Assembly: GCA_964457525.1 (NCBI GenBank)
Contig: CAYWGS010000037.1
Location: 1 to 13,394, forward strand
Length of the DNA: 13,394 nucleotides
DNA from: an uncultured Erysipelotrichaceae bacterium
GTDB taxonomy: Bacteria; Bacillota_I; Bacilli_A; Erysipelotrichales; Erysipelotrichaceae
Direction of reading: 5' to 3'
The translations under genes and the position numbers were made by a program. The notes under the pieces are model-generated. The model did no database searches, was not told the origin of the DNA, and saw only the letters and a program-made list of their open reading frames with translations. Below, one piece after another: positions 7,138 to 13,394 of the stretch (the first letter of the stretch is position 1; every line of letters begins with the position of its first letter).

Positions 7138-7428
7138 ATGAAAATAAATGTTTTAAATTGGCTTCATAAGTTAAGTTCAGTTGTTTTGATTATTGGATTC
7201 ATTGGAAGTATTGCGATAAGTGGATTACCTGTTTTTAATGAAACAGAGTTCTATCTCGTTTTTTGGGCAATTGTGATGCCTATTTGGGTCATATCGCTTG
7301 TTGTATTTTTATTATTACGTGCGTTTGAGGAACATATCATCTTACAAAATAAGATTCTTGAACGTTTAGATTATACATTTAAAGTTGAGGAACAAAAACG
7401 AGTTGAAGATCCTTTATCTCGTTTTTAA
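7138..7428 (+). CDS. Small two-TM membrane protein of unknown function
   Basis: The track ORF starts at GTG 7126, which lies inside the Shine-Dalgarno. ATG 7138 has GGAGG 5 nt upstream. The product MKINVLNWLHKLSSVVLIIGFIGSIAISGL...FYLVFWAIVMPIWVISLVVFLLL has two hydrophobic helices and a charged C-terminal tail. Confidence 0.6.
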   Translation: MKINVLNWLHKLSSVVLIIGFIGSIAISGLPVFNETEFYLVFWAIVMPIWVISLVVFLLLRAFEEHIILQNKILERLDYTFKVEEQKRVEDPLSRF

Positions 7429-7440
7429 TCGGGTTATTCT

Positions 7441-9459
7441 ATGCGAGGAATGAGTTTCAGATTATTGCATGAAATGATGCAAGAAAAGACCCAAAATATA
7501 TTTTTATCCCCTGTTTGGATTTTGAAATCAGGTATCGTAAGTGAGTTAGAGAAATACTACATAAAGGTTTACTTCTTTGCGAATGAAGATCGTTTAGATA
7601 TCAAGGAACTGTATTTTAAACTACACTACAATGAACAAGAATTTGACCTTATGGCAACCGAGTTTGTACGTGCAAACTCGTATACAAATGATAAGGTTTT
7701 TGGTTGCACAATCCCTTTTCCAACAGAATTTGTAGGAGAAGAGTATTCTATCCTATTCACAGGCGTAAAACTTGGAGATACGGTATATGATTATTCCAAC
7801 CATGAACGAGGGGATGTCTATTTTGATGTATTTATACCAAGTGAAAAGAAAAAGTTCTTAAGAGAGAATGTTCCATATTATTTACAGTTTCCACGTAAAG
7901 GGGAAACCTATTGGCAATGTACATGTGGACAACACAATCCTATTCATGCGACAAATTGTTATGAGTGTTTCAAAGAAAAGAGCATTATTGATCAACTACT
8001 CGAAGATGGAATCGATAAGGTTTTCTTAAACTATTATGTTCATGATAATCCATTTGTGTATAATCCAATGATGTCATTAAAAGATACTTATGATGAGTAT
8101 ACAAAGAATATTTCTAAGAAGTATTCGATTGATCTAGACTATGTTAGAGAGTTCATTGATTATTCGAGTATTCTCGAGAATGAATCTAAGATGATTGATG
8201 AATATAATGAGCGAACTCTCAAACAAAAGAAAGAATTTGTAGAAGATGTTAAACATAAAGCGATTGTTATTTTTAGCATCATTGGAATACTTTTAGCTCT
8301 ATTTCTTATCACAGTGTATGGTCCAAAAAGTATAAAGTATATATCGGGTTATTATCATTTATCACAAAAAGAGTATTCTTTATCACTCGATAAATTCTAC
8401 TCTGCGAATGGATTTCTGAATTCAGAGGATATGGTAAATGAAGTATATTATCAATGGTCAAATGATCTAAGTGAAACAAATGTTTCAAAATCGATTAGTT
8501 TACTCGAACAAATCCCAAATCTTGATTATAAGGATACAAAGGATCGATTTTTGAATTTAGCTGAACAATATGGAGTTGAATTGTATGAATCTAAACAATA
8601 CGAAGAAGCAATCCATTATTTATCGTTTTCAAATCGTGTTGATAAGTATCTTAATGATTCAAAGTATCAGTACTTACTATCACAAGACTTTGGTATCGAT
8701 GATGTATATGAGTTTACGCTGCTTGAGGAATTAGTAACAGATCGATACAAAGATTCTAAAGAATGGTTAGAAAGACTTTATTATGAAGCTGCTCTAAAGG
8801 CAATCGATTATAACTTTAAAGATAAAGCAATTAAATTACTGGATAATACAAGTTATGGTGATGCGAAAGACATCCAAGTAAATCTTGTTACTGAACAAGT
8901 CAATGCACTTATGTTAGAAGGTGATTATGATTCATCTCTTGATTATGTCGAGAGAATTAAAGATGATCCTAAAGGGCAAGTGCTTTATCAAGAAGTTATG
9001 TATCGATTAGCGAATCAATATGAAACCAATTTGGATTACGAAGGTGCACTAAAACACTTCCTTTTAATTGATGGATATAAAGATTCGAATAAACGAATTA
9101 AGTATTTGAAACAAACTCTTGCGCCATGGGATGTGGATATACGTTTCACTGAATCATACAATAAAGATATCGATGTAATGGATAAAGACTCATCCATTTA
9201 TATTGAGATTACATTTTCAACTCCAGACAAATCGAATTATTTTGTGTCTGAAATAGTATTTATTTTTCCAGATGGACAAAGAGATAGCTTTTCACCTGAG
9301 TCAATGATTGAACATGATGAAACATTAGAGTTTGAGTTTGTGAATGGATTTTATCAAGATTCGAATTATCGACCAACAGGCACATTTACAGTTGAAGTAT
9401 ATTATGTCGGAATGGTTGATATTCTCATTGGTTCGAAATCAATTGAAGTTGTCGATTAA
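7441..9459 (+). CDS. Large single-pass membrane protein: beta-rich N-terminal region, Cys4 zinc knuckle, TM helix, TPR-like repeats, beta-rich C-terminal domain; function unknown
   Basis: The 672-codon ORF has consistent AT-rich codon usage. The motif W-x-C-x-C-x3-N-x6-C-x2-C spans residues 158-176 (nt 7912-7968). The TM helix AIVIFSIIGILLALFLITVYG (about nt 8260-8319) is preceded by the KQKK..KHK basic cluster. Tyr/Leu/Ala-rich helical repeats follow (YEEAIHYL, YYEAALKAIDY, YEGALKHFLLIDGYKDS). The start is uncertain because no SD precedes ATG 7441, which lies 12 nt after the upstream stop. Confidence 0.7.
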   Translation: MRGMSFRLLHEMMQEKTQNIFLSPVWILKSGIVSELEKYYIKVYFFANEDRLDIKELYFKLHYNEQEFDLMATEFVRANSYTNDKVFGCTIPFPTEFVGEEYSILFTGVKLGDTVYDYSNHERGDVYFDVFIPSEKKKFLRENVPYYLQFPRKGETYWQCTCGQHNPIHATNCYECFKEKSIIDQLLEDGIDKVFLNYYVHDNPFVYNPMMSLKDTYDEYTKNISKKYSIDLDYVREFIDYSSILENESKMIDEYNERTLKQKKEFVEDVKHKAIVIFSIIGILLALFLITVYGPKSIKYISGYYHLSQKEYSLSLDKFYSANGFLNSEDMVNEVYYQWSNDLSETNVSKSISLLEQIPNLDYKDTKDRFLNLAEQYGVELYESKQYEEAIHYLSFSNRVDKYLNDSKYQYLLSQDFGIDDVYEFTLLEELVTDRYKDSKEWLERLYYEAALKAIDYNFKDKAIKLLDNTSYGDAKDIQVNLVTEQVNALMLEGDYDSSLDYVERIKDDPKGQVLYQEVMYRLANQYETNLDYEGALKHFLLIDGYKDSNKRIKYLKQTLAPWDVDIRFTESYNKDIDVMDKDSSIYIEITFSTPDKSNYFVSEIVFIFPDGQRDSFSPESMIEHDETLEFEFVNGFYQDSNYRPTGTFTVEVYYVGMVDILIGSKSIEVVD

Positions 9460-9461
9460 TT

Positions 9462-9490
9462 TTGCATATTGTGTTACGAAGTGCTTTAAT
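9462..9490 (+). promoter_or_regulatory. Candidate internal promoter: -35 TTGCAT, 17 nt spacer, -10 TTTAAT
   Basis: TTGCAT lies at 9462-9467 and TTTAAT at 9485-9490, just after the stop of the 672 aa gene and ahead of the AGGAAGGAG RBS of the next gene. Confidence 0.3.
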
Positions 9491-9513
9491 GAACTTAGGA
9501 AGGAGATCGTTTT

Positions 9514-9876
9514 ATGAAACCTTTTCTACATTGGTCACCTAGAATATTATCGATTCTATTTTGCTTATTTATATTGATGTTTTCCTTTGATGTATTTGAA
9601 GGGAATGTTTCATTTATCGATATTCTAATCGGATTTATTAAGCATAATCTACCTGTGTTTGCCATGGCAATTATCATATTCTTTGCTTGGCAAAATAACT
9701 GGGTAGGTGGGATTGGATTTCTAGTAATCAGTCTATTCTTCTTTATCATGGTAAACTCAAATATGAATAATGGGAGTGGAGTTATGAGTCCTGCAGTATT
9801 TATTATTAGCTTACCTGCATTGATTATTTCAATCTTATACTTTGTGGATGAATTTATTAAAAGGCTCGAGTTGTGA
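9514..9876 (+). CDS. Small polytopic membrane protein (about 4 TM helices), function unknown
   Basis: A strong RBS (AAGGAG) lies upstream of ATG 9514. The product is almost entirely hydrophobic (ILSILFCLFILMFSF, LPVFAMAIIIFFAW, GGIGFLVISLFFFIMV, AVFIISLPALIISILYF). Confidence 0.65.
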   Translation: MKPFLHWSPRILSILFCLFILMFSFDVFEGNVSFIDILIGFIKHNLPVFAMAIIIFFAWQNNWVGGIGFLVISLFFFIMVNSNMNNGSGVMSPAVFIISLPALIISILYFVDEFIKRLEL

Positions 9877-9885
9877 TCGAGCCTT
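9861..9885. terminator. Bidirectional intrinsic terminator shared by the 9514-9876 gene and groEL
   Basis: A 9 bp stem AAGGCTCGA / TCGAGCCTT has a 7 nt loop that contains the TGA stop (9874-9876). T-rich tracts follow on both strands. The groEL stop is at 9891-9893. Confidence 0.7.
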
Positions 9886-9890
9886 ATTTA

Positions 9891-11516
<1,626 letters not shown>

Positions 11517-11798
11517 CTATTCAATGATTGCTAAAATATCCTTTGCATCAATAAGTAAGTAAGTTTTGTGATCATATTTAACTTCGGTGGTAGAGTAGGA
11601 TTTGTAAATAACAGTATCATTTACTTTTACACCTATATCGTTTAAAATCCCTTCCTCTACTTTTCCAGGTCCGACCGCAATAACTTTAGCCAAATTGGAT
11701 TTTTCTTGGCTAGAATCACTTAAAATGATGCCACTTGAAGTTTTCTTTTCTTGTTCTACTTTTTCTAGTAAAACTCGATCTAATAATGGTTTTATCAT
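11517..11798 (-). CDS. groS: Co-chaperonin GroES (Cpn10)
   Basis: The track ORF begins at GTG 11813, which abuts the CIRCE element. ATG 11798 (MIKPLLDRVLLEKVEQEKKTSSGIIL...) has GGAGG upstream and gives a canonical-length GroES of 93 aa. Confidence 0.93.
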   Translation of the reverse strand: MIKPLLDRVLLEKVEQEKKTSSGIILSDSSQEKSNLAKVIAVGPGKVEEGILNDIGVKVNDTVIYKSYSTTEVKYDHKTYLLIDAKDILAIIE

Positions 11799-11813
11799 AC
11801 AGTCCTCCTTCAC

Positions 11814-11840
11814 TTAGCACTCAATAGTAAAGAGTGCTAA
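11814..11840 (-). promoter_or_regulatory. CIRCE operator (HrcA binding site), perfect consensus TTAGCACTC-N9-GAGTGCTAA
   Basis: TTAGCACTC (11814-11822), a 9 nt spacer and GAGTGCTAA (11832-11840) are read directly. The element sits between the promoter -10 and the groES RBS. Confidence 0.95.
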
Positions 11841-11848
11841 CAATTACT

Positions 11849-11876
11849 ATTATAAAAATCAGTAATTAATTGTCAA
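11849..11876 (-). promoter_or_regulatory. groESL sigma-A promoter: -35 TTGACA, 16 nt spacer, -10 TATAAT
   Basis: On the minus strand, TTGACA is the complement of 11871-11876 and TATAAT the complement of 11849-11854. Both hexamers match consensus, and CIRCE follows 8 nt downstream. Confidence 0.8.
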
Positions 11877-11900
11877 GTACCCTTGATTTATTTATGTAAT

Positions 11901-11928
11901 TTGATTCGTTTAAATCTTGATTTAATAT
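11901..11928 (+). promoter_or_regulatory. Candidate promoter for tex: -35 TTGATT, 16 nt spacer, -10 TAATAT
   Basis: TTGATT lies at 11901-11906 and TAATAT at 11923-11928. TTGATT also occurs at 11883 and 11917, so the assignment is tentative. Confidence 0.35.
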
Positions 11929-11956
11929 AGGAAATCAGTTACGATTTTGTAGGACA

Positions 11957-11988
11957 GGGCAGAGTCCGATGACTTTGCCTTTTATAAT
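11957..11988 (+). other. Terminator-like hairpin in the tex 5' leader
   Basis: A 10 bp stem GGGCAGAGTC (11957-11966) / GACTTTGCCT (11971-11980, two G-U pairs) carries a CGAT loop and is followed by TTTATAAT. It ends 5 nt before the AAGAGGA RBS. Confidence 0.4.
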
Positions 11989-12006
11989 CTGTAAAGAGGA
12001 AAAACA

Positions 12007-13394
12007 ATGGATAAACTCATACTTCCGATAGCGAAAACACTCAATATTTCGGTATCACAAGTCAAGAATACATTAGAACTATTAGCAGATGGGAATACGA
12101 TTCCTTTTATTGCACGTTATCGAAAAGAAGTCACAAAAGACTTAGATGAAGAACAAATTCGTTATATCGATGAACAATACCAATATCAAAAAAACTTAGC
12201 AAAACGTAAAGAAGACGTTAAACGTTTAATTGAAACACAAGGTAAATTAACCCCTGAACTTGTTGAACAGATTGATGCGTGTGAAACCTTATCTTTAGTG
12301 GATGATATCTATCGACCTTACCAACAAAAACGTAAGACACGTGCAACAGATGCGATTGCGAAGGGATTAAAACCTTTAGCAGAATGGATCTTAACGTGTC
12401 CAGTTACTGGAAACATTAATGATGAGGCAAGTAAATACATAAATGATAAAGTAGAGAGCATTGAGGATGCGATACAGGGCGCAAAGGATATTATTGCGGA
12501 AATGGTCAGTGATGAAGCAGATCTACGCAAACGCATTCGTGAGTACATCAACTCAGAAGCGAAGATAATCGTTAAGTTAAAGAAAGATGCGGTCGATGAA
12601 GAAAAGACCTATCGTGTTTACTATAGTTATTCAGAGAAATGTTCAACACTAGCACCACACCGTATTATGGCAATTAATCGAGGTGAAAGAGAAAAGATTT
12701 TAGATGTTTCCATGGATTACAATCGTGAACGCTTTGCGAAGTATCAATTGACGATGTTAACGCATGGAAAAGAAACAATTGTTTCGAGTCTGATTGATGA
12801 AGCGATTCGTGATGGATTAAAGCGTTTAGTTTATCCATCGATTGAACGTGAAATACGATCAAATCTAACTGAAATGGCTCAGGAAAAATCCATCGATGTC
12901 TTCTCATCAAATCTAGAGAGATTACTATCTCAAGCGCCGATGAAAGGATCGATTATCTTAGGTCTTGACCCAGCGTATCGTACAGGATGTAAGTTAGCAG
13001 TAATTGATCATACCGGTAAACTCTTACACATTGATGTGATTTTCCCACATCCACCAGTAAACAAAAAAGCAGAGGCTACCATCAAGTTCATTAGTTTATT
13101 AAAGAAGTATCAAGTCAATATAATTGCGATTGGAAATGGAACTGCTAGTCGTGAATCAGAAGCGTTTGTGGCAGATATTCTACGCACAAATACAGATATA
13201 CAAGCACGATATGCGATTGTATCTGAAGCTGGCGCATCCGTTTACAGTGCGGGTGATTTAGCGCGTGAAGAGTTCCCAGATTTACATGTCGAAGAAAGAT
13301 CGGCGGTATCCATTGCACGTCGATTACTTGATCCTCTTTCCGAACTTATCAAGATAGATCCAAAGAGCATTGGTGTTGGTCAGTACCAACATGA
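12007..13394 (+). CDS. tex: Tex-like transcription accessory protein (N-terminal helical, YqgF/RuvX-like and start of HhH domains; 3' part beyond the window)
   Basis: This gene is absent from the track because it has no stop in the window. AAGAGGA lies upstream of ATG 12007. My translation is MDKLILPIAKTLNISVSQVKNTLELLADGNTIPFIARYRKEVTKDLDEEQIR...ILGLDPAYRTGCKLAVIDHTGKLL...IAIGNGTASRESEAFV...SIARRLLDPLSELIKIDPKSIGVGQYQH. These are hallmark Tex motifs (PFIARYRKE, GLDPG.RTGCK, IGNGTASRE, GVGQYQHD). Confidence 0.92.
   Translation, partial: MDKLILPIAKTLNISVSQVKNTLELLADGNTIPFIARYRKEVTKDLDEEQIRYIDEQYQYQKNLAKRKEDVKRLIETQGKLTPELVEQIDACETLSLVDDIYRPYQQKRKTRATDAIAKGLKPLAEWILTCPVTGNINDEASKYINDKVESIEDAIQGAKDIIAEMVSDEADLRKRIREYINSEAKIIVKLKKDAVDEEKTYRVYYSYSEKCSTLAPHRIMAINRGEREKILDVSMDYNRERFAKYQLTMLTHGKETIVSSLIDEAIRDGLKRLVYPSIEREIRSNLTEMAQEKSIDVFSSNLERLLSQAPMKGSIILGLDPAYRTGCKLAVIDHTGKLLHIDVIFPHPPVNKKAEATIKFISLLKKYQVNIIAIGNGTASRESEAFVADILRTNTDIQARYAIVSEAGASVYSAGDLAREEFPDLHVEERSAVSIARRLLDPLSELIKIDPKSIGVGQYQH

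Noticed and set aside
11813-11813. GTG start for groES (MKEDCMIKPL...) as given by the track
   Set aside because: It would place the start codon directly against the CIRCE operator with no RBS. ATG 11798 has GGAGG upstream and gives the canonical GroES N-terminus.

Overview
This is a visibly AT-rich window with standard-code usage: TGA, TAA and TAG all act as stops and TGG encodes Trp. It looks like chromosomal core sequence from a low-GC Gram-positive bacterium (Bacillota/Mollicutes-related); finer taxonomy cannot be set from here. I support 12 protein-coding genes. Two are cut by the window edges and so are missing from the supplied ORF track. In order: (1) a partial integral membrane protein (-, 1-556). 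(2-3) Two separately terminated lipoprotein genes, DUF3048/YerB-like and DUF4349-like (-). (4-6) A three-gene ABC uptake operon (+), made of a PF04392/COG2984 lipoprotein binding protein, a COG4120 permease and a COG1101 ATPase, preceded by a strong promoter and a roughly 215 nt leader with mutually exclusive terminator and antiterminator hairpins. (7) An HI0933/YhiN-family flavoprotein (-). (8-10) A cluster of uncharacterised membrane proteins (+), including a 672 aa protein with a zinc knuckle, one TM helix, TPR-like repeats and a beta-rich C-terminal domain. (11-12) groES-groEL (-) with a perfect CIRCE operator and a consensus sigma-A promoter, followed by the 5' 1.39 kb of tex (+). I see no tRNA or rRNA genes, CRISPR arrays, transposases, integrases, or recognisable defence or toxin modules. 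I therefore cannot honestly claim a new multi-gene system. The most checkable unexplained signals are the unclassified attenuator leader of the ABC operon (with a possible aromatic-rich leader peptide), a palindromic operator between divergent promoters, the zinc-knuckle/TM/TPR membrane protein cluster, a terminator-like hairpin just before tex, and a probable leaderless mRNA.
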